Assembly: GCA_043228905.1 (NCBI GenBank)
Contig: JBHGNT010000014.1
Span: forward strand, 16,926,001 to 16,990,000
Direction of reading: 5' to 3'
DNA from: Azolla caroliniana
Taxonomy: Eukaryota > Plantae > Polypodiophyta
Length of the DNA: 64,000 nt
Part shown: piece by piece, positions 12,001 to 23,840 of the stretch
Layout of the letters: every line of letters begins with the position of its first letter
Position numbering within the stretch: the stretch's first letter is position 1
Notes under the pieces: generated by a model
Database searches by the model: none
The model's input: only the letters and a program-made list of their open reading frames with translations
Told to the model about the DNA's origin: nothing
Translations under genes and position numbers: made by a program

Positions 12001-14398
12001 GGATGCTAGGCAAATCTAAAGGAGTATTATAAGGCCCATGGTGATTAATAAATGCCTAAGCCTTATTGGTCAGGGGCTAGTTTGGAGCATTAACAAGCTA
12101 AAAGCTGAATTGAAAACTAAACGTGTTTCCTATTTCACTGTTTGGAGCTTCCATGGTTGGGTTGAGTGGATGGGCAAAAAACATTCCTAATATTGTCCCT
12201 AATATTGTCAGCCATGGTTCTGTCCTTGTTTAAGAGTTCTTGAAAACTAGCAAGTCCTTTTAGTAATGCTTGAAAATCATACCAGATGACGTCCTATGTG
12301 AGGCATTCCAAAGTGTCTTGTTCTTCTGTTTCTGGTACGTTAGGCAACATAGGTCACATATTCTATTTTTCAGCTCAATGTGCTAGTATGAGGGAGAGAG
12401 GTTTGTATTTGCACCATGACAGTGAGCTTGCTATACACTCTGGCTGCTGATCTAACATAGGTATTGATTAGACACTGCCACTGATTGCTAGATTGTTCTT
12501 GTTAGTTTTGGTGGCACCTAAAAATTGTTGTATATACATACATATCATTTTTCATGATGGTACACGAGGAATGCAAAACTTGGAACATAGAAGCATCTGT
12601 AAAATTGGTCACGATTTGACCTGCAAGGTGAATGTTGCATGTGCGAAACTGAATTACATATCTTCTTGGACAATGTTGCTTGTATCATTTTCATGCAGTT
12701 TGTTATGTGAATTTCTAGGAATACACTGGTGCATATTCTTGGAGAATGTTGCATATGTCATTTTAATGCGGTCTATGCTGTAAAGGTGTAGGAATACATG
12801 ATTTGTATGGAGAATATTCTTAATTACATCTTTCTCATGTGGTCTATGATATAAATGTTTTACAAGTCTTCATCCAATATTTATCTTATTAGAGAATATT
12901 GCAGATTTATGGTCTATATATGATGAAAATGTGCTAAATAAAATAAAATATGTAATGCAATTGTGTGGTGTCTATCTAGATGAACCTGGGAAGCAAGTTT
13001 CAAGTGCTATCAGGATCAAGAATACAAGTGGGTCTCCAGTGGCTTTTAAGGTATTTTAACGAAATTGCGATAAATACAACATTCTTCTTGTATAGTACAT
13101 GGCTAATATTCTTGTATTCACACCACTTTGATAGTTTCAAACAAACTCCCCAAAGAGCTGCTTCATGCGTCCTCCTAATGCCATCCTTGCACCTAATGAG
13201 GCAATAGTTGCTACTGGTAATTTTACATGCTTTTATTATCTTTGATATAAGCATTTCATACCTTGCTGTTAGAGGAGCTTCGCTAAGGTTTGTGATTACT
13301 TTCCAGTGGTGAAGTTTATTGAGATGCCTGAACATGACCAAGAAAAGAAAACCAAGGAGAAGTTCAAAATTGTGAGTCTAAAAGTCAAGGCAGGAGTAGA
13401 GTTCACTCCAGAGCTGGTAAGATGAGAATTTTTATTGGCAAATTTGAAATCGACAATAATGATTAGTAATGGCCTGATGTTTACTTTTTATATGCTTTTA
13501 ATTTATGTCAGTTTGATGAGCAAAAGGAGTTTGTTGCTGTCGAACGAGTATTAAAGGTGGAGTTTTTGGATCCACATGGCCAATCATCTGTAAGGCTTCA
13601 TTAATTTTGATGCATTTCTTCTTTTTGTTGAATTTAATGTTTTAATGAATTAATTTCCTACAATCACGGTAATAAGTTATTAGTTATTTTTGTTTAGCTG
13701 TAGTTTTATTGAGCATTTAGATAGTTCACTCATTGATGTAATCTCTTATTTGGTCTTATAGGCCATTTTGGCCTCTTAAAAGACGTTAATATTTCTTTCT
13801 TTCTTTCTTTCTTTCATTGTTCTTATGGATGAGACAAAACACGCCTCTCAGTTCTAATCACTTGTTGGGAATCATAGACCATTTTGATCCTTTCAGATAG
13901 ATTCATACATCTTTCTTTTTTATCATAGTGGGTTATCTTAGCAGTAAGCTATTATTAGGTTATCAATATTTCGCTTTGTTAGACCATATATTGCTTCACC
14001 TAAACTAAATGCTACATTGATGTATTCGTCTCTCACTGACTTGCTATGCTGTTTCTTTATGAAGGAGATCGATAAATTGAAGAAACGTTTGGCAGAGGCT
14101 GAAGCAGCCCAGGAAGCTAGTAAAAAAACTGAAGAGAAGGCTCAAAAAGCTATTGTTCCTGGTGATGCTCTCCATGAATGGGTAAGGCTTTGATTTAAAG
14201 CAATGACAATATAGACATTAAAATGTGTGGGGTGTGGGGTGTGTGTGTGTGTAACATCCCTAGCTTTCTACCAGAACACTGGAGTTTTTCCTATTTCCAT
14301 ACTGTGTATAGGTGCATTATCTAACAGAAACATTTATTTTTTTACAGCAAGAGCAGCAAAAAGAGAAGAACATACAAGGTGATGGTGTAGACTCATAA
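9066..14398 (+). CDS. VAP27: VAMP-associated MSP-domain protein, VAP4/VAP27 clade without TM anchor, 239 aa, 7 exons
   Basis: GT-AG exons 9066-9276, 12980-13050, 13135-13216, 13307-13416, 13512-13589, 14065-14181, 14348-14398 (720 nt, phases consistent). Protein has RRRLRLTPDNKLYFLYEPGKQVSSAIRIKNTS.SPVAFKFQTNSPKSCFMRPP...KFKIVSLK...FDEQKE...KLKKRLAEAEAA...EW, resembling Arabidopsis VAP4-1/4-2. Confidence 0.92.
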
Positions 14399-15929
14399 AT
14401 GGAAAATTGTTTTTCCTTGTAGTCTTGATGATTTTTTTTCCCAACAGTCTCAAGGTCTGAGATATATATATATAAATGTTGTTTGTGTCAAGAGTTCATT
14501 AAAGATCACATGTGCTTGGTTGCTTGTTGTATAAAAGGAACTTTCGATATGAGATGACAAGCAGAAAAAGCTACAGATATTGTTACTGTCAATACTGCTT
14601 TTTGCTCATACAAGTATTGGAGAATTTGATCAATCAATCAATAGATAATATCCATGTATTTTACTCGTATCTTTACATCGCATGAGGTACGTTCAATGTA
14701 GTTCCGGTTCATTAACCATCTCAACACTTTATTTTTGTTGCTAATTAAATAAGAAAAAAGGCTCAAAGATTGTTTTTCACCATGTGTTTAAAAATTTGGT
14801 GACATTTCATTTCGAGATATAAATTTGCAGTCCATTCTTTGGTCACAATGTACCATAAGTGAGATCTTTCAAACAATATTTATGACTACTATATGTAACC
14901 CTAAACCTTTAAAAGGGAACGGCATTGCATAGCAATAGTTGTGAAAGACAGACAATATGTGCTCCAAACTGAAGTTGTAACAGATACAATCTAAAGGAAA
15001 AGCATACCGTCATGAATGAAAGACATTTTTTACTACAAGGTAACAACCAATAAATATTTTGTAGAGATATGAAGTAGCACAAGAAATTAACCAGAAAAAG
15101 TAATTTGGATGAAATGTCTACTTTCCTTCTTGATTCACTCCAAGATCAAAAAATTTAACTCCAGTAACAACTCAGCAGACCAAAGGTTTTTCTTTTGTTG
15201 CTAATATGGGTGAGTTGTACACAACGTTGATATATCTCTTTCTTTACATGATATATGATTGTTGAATTTGTCTTCTAGAGATGTTACTATATCTTTTTCT
15301 TTATGCAATAAGCAATTGTAGAGATGCTTTGTCTCATTACTATATCTTTGTCAACTAGAGATATTACTATATCTCTGTCTTTGTTGAGTCTCATTGGTCA
15401 CAAGTGTCTTTTAGAGATGCTTTGCCAAGTCTCATAGGCCATTAGGTGTTTTCAAGATATATCTTTATTTTGTTACAACAATTGTGATCTTTATTAGCTC
15501 TCCTAGGCCATAATGGTCTTTTACAGATGTCAATATATCTTTCTTTCAATCTTTTTTATTGATTCAATGGAGTTGCGGTCACAATAAGTACAATTGGTGC
15601 CCCTATTTACAATAACAATATGCATTTAGGTTTTGCAATCCAGCAATACCTTGCTTCATGGGTATTGCAAGACACCCAATATGCAAAACACCATTTCCAT
15701 CTAATAATACACTGTAGCCTTGTCAAGTCATTCTCCCTTGGTTCTTGCAAAATGCAAATATTTTGGCATTCCACTTTGGCCAATATAGTCTTCTCTTTTA
15801 ACATTTTAATCCAATCTGGCATAAATATCCCCTATCTTTGGGAATATCTCCTTTTTGTCCTCACTTCTTGCAAAAATGCATGCTCTCAAGCATCCCACAA
15901 TGGATGAATTCATCATACTCCTAATATAA

Positions 15930-16055
15930 GATACATTTATAACTCGAAAGCTTTTTCCACATCTTTTTGCATGCCGTCAGTACCATAAATATCAGTCACA
16001 ACAATGTAAGCTTTAGCACATGTAAGCTTTAACTTCAGTCCAATATTCCATTTCT
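15930..16055 (-). pseudogene. Degenerate duplicate of the PPR E-domain end
   Basis: 15930-16025 parallels 16090-16183 and reads TCAKAYIVVTDIYGTDGMQKDVEKAFEL* versus TCAEAYVVMADIYATAGMKEDAEKLL in the gene. Confidence 0.7.
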
Positions 16056-16086
16056 GATTGAATCAAGCAATGCATTTATCTCGTTA

Positions 16087-19000
16087 TCAGATGCATTCAT
16101 AATTCAAAAGCTTTTCCGCATCTTCTTTCATGCCAGCAGTAGCATAAATGTCAGCCATAACTACATAAGCTTCAGCACATGTATTATCTAATCTCAAAAT
16201 CTCATCAAAAGCCAACCTCCCAAGCTTCAGATTCCCCCATTTCCTGCAAGCACCCAACATTCCAAGCCAGATGGTAGGATGATCAAACGAAGGCATTTCC
16301 TTGATCAACGACATTGCTTTCTGAAAGCGCCCTTCATAACCAAAAAGCACCACCATACAAGCATGATGCTCTAACTTTGGAATAATGCCATTCTCTTTAC
16401 TCATATTACAGAAAAGGATCCAAGCCTCGTTAACGAGACCCGAGTGACTACAGGCACTCAATATACTCAGGAATGTGACCTCATCGGGATAGAGACCTTC
16501 AATTTGCATTTCTTCCAGACATTTCAATGCTTCCTGACCTTGACCTTGATCTGAATACCCTGAAATAAGTGCATTCCATGAAACTACATCTCGGACATGA
16601 AACTCTTCAAGCAATTGCTGTGCTTTTGTTATCACTCCACATTTGGCGTACATATCAACTAGAGCATTTCCAAGCACAATGTCAGCTAGGAGACCCCTAT
16701 TCCTTATCTCATCATGAACTAGTTTTCCTTTTTCTATGGCTCCTATGTTACCACATGCCTTCAAGATGCATACGTAGGTAACAACATCAGGGCAAAGGCT
16801 CTCACTGCACATTTGCTCGAAACAATTCAATGCTTCATACAATTGCCCTTGTTTGGTATATTCTGTAACCAATGCATTCCAAGGAACTGCATCTTGAATA
16901 GGTAACTCTCCAAGCATCTGTTGTGCTTTGCCAAGTACGCCACATTTAGCATACATGTCTACCAAAGCATTGCCAAGCACATCAGCGGTCCCAATTAACC
17001 CCCTATCCACCATTTCTTCATGAATTTGTTTGCCCTTGTCTATAGCTCTTGCACTGCCACAAACCTTTAACATGCAAATGAAGGTCACTACATCAGGAGA
17101 CAAACCATCGCTTTGCAACTCTTCATAACAGTCGAACACTTTTTTACATTGCCCCTGTTGAGCATATGCTGCAATTAATGCATTCCAAGAGACTATATCA
17201 CGAACAAGAAGCTCTTTAAGCACTTCTCTCGCTTTTGAAAGCATTCCACACATGGCATACATATTCACTAGTGCAGTGCCGAGAACAATATCTTGCTCTA
17301 GTAAACCTCTACTTACTATCTTTGTATGAATTTGTTTGCCCTTGTCTATATTTCCAGTGCTGCCACAAGCCTCCAACATGTGAACAAACGTAACCATATC
17401 TGGAGAAAGACCCTCACTTTCCATCTGTTCAAATAAGTTAAGTGCTTCAACACCTTGCCCATTTTGGGCATATGCTGCAATTACAATAGACCAAGAAACT
17501 GTGTCTCGATCTGGGAGCTCTTCAAGAACTGCTTTTGCTTTTGTAAGCATGCTGCATTTCACATACATATCCACCAAAGCATTGCCGAGTGCAATATCTT
17601 TCTCCAGAAGATCCCTATTGTTTTTAATCTCTTCATGGATTAGTTTGCCTTTGGCTATAGCTCTTGTACTACCACAGACCTTCAACATACAAATGAAGGT
17701 TACTATATCAGGATATAGTCCCTCATTTTGCATCTGATCATATAAATCCAGTGCATCATAAGATTGTCCTTGTTGACTGAACCCAGAAATCAGTGTATTA
17801 AAAGAAACAACATCTCGAAAAGGAAGCGCTTCAAACACCTTTAGTGCTTTTGATGGCATACCACATTTGACATACATGTCCATTACAGCATTTCCAAGCA
17901 CAACATCCTTCTCCAAGAAGCCCTTATTTATGATCTCATCATGAATTTGTTTGCCTTTGTCTATAGCTGCTATGCTACCACATGCTTTCAAAATGCAGAT
18001 GAAGGAAACCTCATCTGGAGAGATGCCCTCACTCTGCATATGTTCAAAACAGCTTAATGCTTGATGATCTTGGCTGTGTTGTGTATATGCCACAATCAAT
18101 GCATTCCATGACACAACATCTCGAATAGGGAGTTCCTGAAGCACATTCTCTGCTTCTGTAAGCACACCACATTTGGCATACATATCCACCAAGGCATTGC
18201 CAAGAACAATATCCTTCTTTAGCAAGCCACTCCTCGTGATCCTTTCATGAATTTGTTTGCCCATTTCCATAGTTCTTGTATTACCACATACTTTCAACAT
18301 GCAAATGAATGTGACAGAACTAGGAGAGATGCCCTCAGTTTGCATCATGTCAAAACATTTTAATGCTTCATGGCATCGATCTTGTTGGGTGTACCCTGAA
18401 ATTAATGCATTCCAAGAGACTACATCTCGATTAGGAAGCTGTTCAAGAACTTCGTGTGCTTTTCTAAGTGTCCCACATTTTACATACATATCCAATAATG
18501 CCGTACCAAGAACTACATTCTTCTCCAAGAGGCCCTTCCTCACAATTTCCTCATGAATATGTTGCCCTTTCTCTATAGCTCCTCTGCTCCCACAAGCCTT
18601 CAAGATATGCATGAAGATGGCTTCATTTGGAGATAGACCTTCACACTGCATACGTTCGAAACAGCCAAGTGCTGCATGACCTTGTTCCTGTTGGGCATAT
18701 CCTGCAATGACTGCAGACCATGACGCTACATCTTGAACACATAGCTCCTCAAGAATCTCTTGAGCTTTTGCAAGCATACCACATTTAGCGTACATGTCCA
18801 CCAAAGACGTTCCAATCACAATATCTTTCTCTATGAACCTCCTACTTACAATCTCCTTGTGAATTCTTTTGCCCTCATCTATCGCTCCTATGCTGCCACA
18901 AGCCTTTAAGATGCAAATGAGGGTTATGGAGTCAGGAGATAAACCCTCACTTTTCATTTGCTCAAAACAAGCCAATGTTTCATGGCATTGCCCTTGTTGC

Positions 19001-20115
19001 GCATACCCTGCAATAAGTGCATTCCACGAGACTATATCTCGGACAGGGAGCTCTTTGAGAACTTTCTGTGCATCAATAAGTGCTCCACATTTAGCATACA
19101 TATCTACTAAGGCATTGCCAAGCATGATATTATCTGTCTCTAGCAATCCCCTTCTAACAATCTCCGCATGCATTTGTCTTCCTTTTTCGATAGATCTCAT
19201 GGTCTTCAAGATGCAAATGAAGGTGATGGCATCGGGAGAAAGCCCCTCATTTTGCATCCTTTCAAAACAATCCAATGCTTTGTGCCCTTGAATATCTTGA
19301 CCATACCCTCCAATGACTGAATTCCATGAGGCTACATCACGAAGAGGAAGCTCTTCAAGCACTTCATTCGCTTCACTGAATGCCCCACATTTTACATACA
19401 TATCCACCAAAGCATTACCAAGCACAACATCTTTCTTCAACAAGCTCCTATTCATTATCTTTCCATGAAGTTGTTTGCCCTTGTCTATGGCTCCTAATCT
19501 TCCACAAGCCTTCAAGATGCAAGTGAGAGTTACTTCATCAGGAAAGAGTCCTTCACTTTGCATTTGTTCATAACAACTCACTGCATCGTGAGCTTGGCCA
19601 TGGTGCGCATATCCTCCTATCAATGCGTTCCAACAAAAAACATTCTGAAAACAAGATTCTTCTAACACATCATGTGCTTTTGCAAGCATGCCACATTTGG
19701 CATACATGTTAATTAGCGCACAAACAAGATGAGGGATCTTCTCAAGTAAACCCTTTTTGAGAACATAAGAATGTAATCTAATGCCTTTGTCGATATCCCT
19801 CTTCTTAGAACAAGACTTAAGTGACTCCACAAAATCATAACGGAAACACTTTTCATCATCATTATCCTGCTCCGCACGCTTTCGTTGCAGCTTTTTGTTT
19901 AGAATTTTATTTAATTCTCCATGCATTGATAGAAGAGATGGGTTTCTCCTTAGTTCTTCATAAACCCAACAAGGAATGTACAGTCCATCAATCCACAAAA
20001 ACCCAGAAGTGTGCTTATTCCTAAAGTCTGATCGTGTAGAGTTAATCTGTATTGCCAAAGTACATACATCCACATCTCTATGGAGAGATGTACCAAAATA
20101 TGGTAACTCCGGCAC
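16087..20115 (-). CDS. PLS-class pentatricopeptide repeat protein, E subclass (no DYW); putative organellar RNA-editing specificity factor
   Basis: 1342-codon ORF with 11 xALVDMYxKCG S-type motifs in L-S-P triplets (~35 motifs), then L2/S2, E1 (IWLGMLGACRKWGNLKLG) and E2 (AYVVMADIYA). The ORF call starts at GTG; first in-frame ATG is at 19926, so the start is uncertain. Confidence 0.93.
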   Translation of the reverse strand: MPELPYFGTSLHRDVDVCTLAIQINSTRSDFRNKHTSGFLWIDGLYIPCWVYEELRRNPSLLSMHGELNKILNKKLQRKRAEQDNDDEKCFRYDFVESLKSCSKKRDIDKGIRLHSYVLKKGLLEKIPHLVCALINMYAKCGMLAKAHDVLEESCFQNVFCWNALIGGYAHHGQAHDAVSCYEQMQSEGLFPDEVTLTCILKACGRLGAIDKGKQLHGKIMNRSLLKKDVVLGNALVDMYVKCGAFSEANEVLEELPLRDVASWNSVIGGYGQDIQGHKALDCFERMQNEGLSPDAITFICILKTMRSIEKGRQMHAEIVRRGLLETDNIMLGNALVDMYAKCGALIDAQKVLKELPVRDIVSWNALIAGYAQQGQCHETLACFEQMKSEGLSPDSITLICILKACGSIGAIDEGKRIHKEIVSRRFIEKDIVIGTSLVDMYAKCGMLAKAQEILEELCVQDVASWSAVIAGYAQQEQGHAALGCFERMQCEGLSPNEAIFMHILKACGSRGAIEKGQHIHEEIVRKGLLEKNVVLGTALLDMYVKCGTLRKAHEVLEQLPNRDVVSWNALISGYTQQDRCHEALKCFDMMQTEGISPSSVTFICMLKVCGNTRTMEMGKQIHERITRSGLLKKDIVLGNALVDMYAKCGVLTEAENVLQELPIRDVVSWNALIVAYTQHSQDHQALSCFEHMQSEGISPDEVSFICILKACGSIAAIDKGKQIHDEIINKGFLEKDVVLGNAVMDMYVKCGMPSKALKVFEALPFRDVVSFNTLISGFSQQGQSYDALDLYDQMQNEGLYPDIVTFICMLKVCGSTRAIAKGKLIHEEIKNNRDLLEKDIALGNALVDMYVKCSMLTKAKAVLEELPDRDTVSWSIVIAAYAQNGQGVEALNLFEQMESEGLSPDMVTFVHMLEACGSTGNIDKGKQIHTKIVSRGLLEQDIVLGTALVNMYAMCGMLSKAREVLKELLVRDIVSWNALIAAYAQQGQCKKVFDCYEELQSDGLSPDVVTFICMLKVCGSARAIDKGKQIHEEMVDRGLIGTADVLGNALVDMYAKCGVLGKAQQMLGELPIQDAVPWNALVTEYTKQGQLYEALNCFEQMCSESLCPDVVTYVCILKACGNIGAIEKGKLVHDEIRNRGLLADIVLGNALVDMYAKCGVITKAQQLLEEFHVRDVVSWNALISGYSDQGQGQEALKCLEEMQIEGLYPDEVTFLSILSACSHSGLVNEAWILFCNMSKENGIIPKLEHHACMVVLFGYEGRFQKAMSLIKEMPSFDHPTIWLGMLGACRKWGNLKLGRLAFDEILRLDNTCAEAYVVMADIYATAGMKEDAEKLLNYECI

Positions 20116-20495
20116 TCGCTTTGGGGGATCACAGAGGAGAATTCGGGAAGATTTGTATCATTTTCTTGAATGCCCACCATGGCATGTCAGGAGTCGATCT
20201 TTTTTGAAGCACGGAGAGAGATTGTGTGGAATACAAGGTACCTCTTTGCTACTAAAAGAGATCGACTGTGTTCAGGTTCCCAAATTATGCAAATGGGGAG
20301 CTTCGAAGCAAGTCATTTGTTCATACATCAACAAAAAAACGAAAGGAAAATAATAATAATAATCCATAACCAAATGCCTTGCAGAGGGAGGCACCACTAA
20401 ATGTAGTTGGAAGAAGAAGCAGAAGGAAGAAGAAAGGTTTGATACGAAATTACAGTAAGCCCCAATTGATATATTAATATTGTGTGTGATACAAC

Positions 20496-20936
20496 TAACA
20501 ATAGGCAACAGTTCGGTTCGGTTCGGCTCGAGTGGGTCAAAACCGAACCGTTTAAATGTTTAGAAACCTGAACTGAACCTAATCGAACCACGAAACCGTT
20601 AAGCCGAACCATTAAAAAAATTCAAACTGTTAAACCAGTAAAACCCCGGTTTCGTGGTTCGGTTTCAATTTTCAACTTAGGTCAAATTTTAAAATTTTAA
20701 AATATTTCATTATTTAAATTTTCAAAATTTTAAAGATTTTCATAAAATGTGAGAATAAGGCATGACAATGAAAAGATTGTTTAAAAACATTTTTTTTTAA
20801 TTTAAAAGTAAAAAACCATTTAAACCGCGGTTTCTAACTGTTGAAACCGAACCGTTAAAAAACATTGAACCGTTAAAACCGTTAAGCTGCAATTTTGCCG
20901 TTTGGTTCGGTTCAAACCGACCATTGCCGATTGTTA
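20496..20936. mobile_element. Non-autonomous hAT-type DNA transposon (MITE), 441 bp
   Basis: 8-bp TSD GATACAAC at 20488-20495 and 20937-20944; imperfect TIRs TAACAATAGGCAA / TTGCCGATTGTTA; many subterminal AACCG/CGGTT repeats. Confidence 0.88.
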
Positions 20937-23840
20937 GATACAACATGGTTTGCCCCATTATTAGAGTTCAAATTGGATCTAACCTTTACATAAGGGGGGA
21001 GATATATATGTAGATAGATAGATACTAGAATTGGATTCAAGCTTTTTGAGAGTATTAAATACATCAAATTCAACTTGATACTATTCGAAAAGAGTTGAGA
21101 TGATCAATCGAACATGAACACGAACTCATGAACACATTTTGCATGCAAATGGAAATATGCCATGCAATCATTTTTTATTTGTTAGTTCATATTGTGCTCG
21201 TGTTACTTCTACGAGAATCATCCATGTTGAGATGTTGGGCTCTACAAAAGATGGTGAAGTCGTGAATAATATGGGAAATAGTGTGAAAGTGTGTCCGTTC
21301 ATGCGGATACCATCCATGTATTGTTCACTCTATTGCTCCTTAATTCATTCTTTGCTATTCACATATAGATTTTGAGGGCATTAAAGTTGAACATGCGTTC
21401 ATAATCTCTTGTTACTTTTACAATGTTAGTTTTACTAATTGCATGTATGGCTTCAAAATATTCTACATTGCTAATCATTTTATTCTTGAGAAACGAATTT
21501 ACTTTTATAACCAAAATTATACCTCGTTAAATTAATCATGGCATGTGCTTCATAGCCCATGAGTCATTAATGGTAGTTCTTAACTTGGTCAAAATGTAAG
21601 GATGTACAAATATGATAGTGTTCACTACTGGCATTGAACACTTCCCCTTGTACCCTTGCTTATATGGCTACCTTCTCCACTTGGGTACTATTAAGGCGAA
21701 TTCATAAAGACCATGATAAACAACACATAATGGGAAACTAACATACATAGTATGAAAGTCGATGAGCTTGTTCATGATAGGCATGATTTGTAAGGGTTGT
21801 GATGAACAAATTTGCATAAAGTAGAACGACCATACATACATATGATGAAGAGTTTGGCCAATTGGTTGAATGCTAGACATAATTGAGTGAGGTCATACAC
21901 AACTTTCTCCTATTCCATGTTTCGCATTCTATGGCTCAATTGTTCTGCACTCGAAACACTCAATCTTTTAAATAGGCAAATGACAGTAGTAGTATTTGAA
22001 TATTTTGATTTGAATGTCTCCATCAAATTTTGCACAATATATTTCTTAGATCCATGACATTTTTGTTGCACTATTAATAATACTCATCTCCCATATCAAG
22101 AACAGGAGAAATATCATCTGTTAAGACGAAACAAATGAACAAAATTGGTCATTACGAGGAAGTTTTGAAGGAACCCACAACAGATGAATCAACCACAAGT
22201 CACAAACATTAACGCTTACTTGACAAAATGATCATATAACGAGTGGTTATTTCCAAGCTGCCATAGGAAAGCCAACTGAAAGTCAACAAAAGTAACAATC
22301 GTTCAATGTTATTCACCATTTGATCCATCTTTTAGTGAATGGATTACGATAAGCACGAGATATCTGAATTCTACTTGACGCTCTCATTTTCCGTTACATG
22401 GTGTATCATTTTGGATATCTGCTATTTTGGGAATGCCATTACAATGAGCATGATATATATTCATAATCTACTTGATGCGCTCATTTTTAGTGCTCTGTAT
22501 CATTTTGGATATCTTCTCCTTCAGAATAGAAAGGGTATAAAAGCAACACATAGAGACAATATCCATACCTCCTATATAAACTCCTATGCAAATTCAGATC
22601 ACTGGGGAATTCAGGATTGAGCCAGAGTTTTTTTTTTCAGTTCTATCCTTACTGAACTGGTATTCATCCAAATTCAATCATTTCTCATGAAATCTCACAC
22701 TCAGACTCTTCATGGATGAATTATAAATAAATAATACCCAGGTTGCAAATCACTCAACCTACTAGAGGTAGAGCAAGCCCTTCATGTAAACTTACTGCAT
22801 TTAAAGGCTCCCAATGTAAAAACAAAACCGATCCCCATATTCTAACAACCTTTGCATTAAACAATTCATAACAATGTTCTAAAGCAAGTCCCCAACTCCC
22901 TGACAAGAGTCATCCCAACCAAAACTTTTTCCAAACAAACTTTGGCCTCCCATCACGATATCCGGTCAGTTAGAAGTCCCATTATGTTAATTCCCCCATA
23001 AACTCTGTTTTTGCTTCACTGAATATCAAGAGTAACATATTTTCCATCATATAACACCTTCAGTAGACATAGATTCAAGCTTCTTTGCAAGTGATTTAAG
23101 AATTGCCCACCAAACTAGAAGGCTTTCAAGTAGGACCTTTTCACTGTCTAATTTCCACAACTAAAAATCCCTTTTCAAGCTTTCTCAGATTGAGATCAGC
23201 AAATTTCATGAAACAGAAAGGGTCAAAATGAAGACCTCCAACAATTCAGAAGCTACAAATTACTCTCAAATTGCTACTGAAACCCTTGCAAATCAGTATT
23301 GCAAATATCTATATCACCTACACTGATCATAAAACAGTTCTCCAATGAGGAGATAATTTCCCAAAGTGATTCAACCAAATGAAAATCGTAAACTGGTCCT
23401 TCTAACAGTTCGAAGACAAGTTTACCCTCAAATTTACTATGTAATACCCATTTCCCAATCTTCGTCACAATCGACTGGTTAGAATCACTCTTTGATGGAA
23501 AATTTCATTCCATTGTAACATGACAAAGGAAAAGGTTTAAAAGTAGGTCTTTAAACAATTGCAGAACTAAATCACCCTCCAATCTGGTAACTAAAATACC
23601 AATTTCCAAGAGTTGTGGCCATTAGCAAAATCAACTTCAAACATGAAGATTCGTTGGCAGACAAAAAATCGATTCAATTTGAAACTAGAACTTCTATCCT
23701 TGAAGAATATTTGAATTTACATAATAAAAACAAGAGAAGGGGGGAATCAAGCAAATTTTAGAGCCAATCTCCCCCCCTTTTTTTTCTTACCTCCCAACTT
23801 TGTTTCCAGCAGATAACATCATGAATTATTTTATCCAAAT

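Noticed and set aside
9960-12300. Possible old LINE fragments in VAP intron 1
   Set aside because: Too decayed to assign motifs or boundaries by eye.
15607-15900. Remnant E+/DYW domain downstream of the PPR gene (GY..MPD-like and LDGNGVLH-like words)
   Set aside because: No HxE or CxxC signature, and the pieces are out of order and frame.
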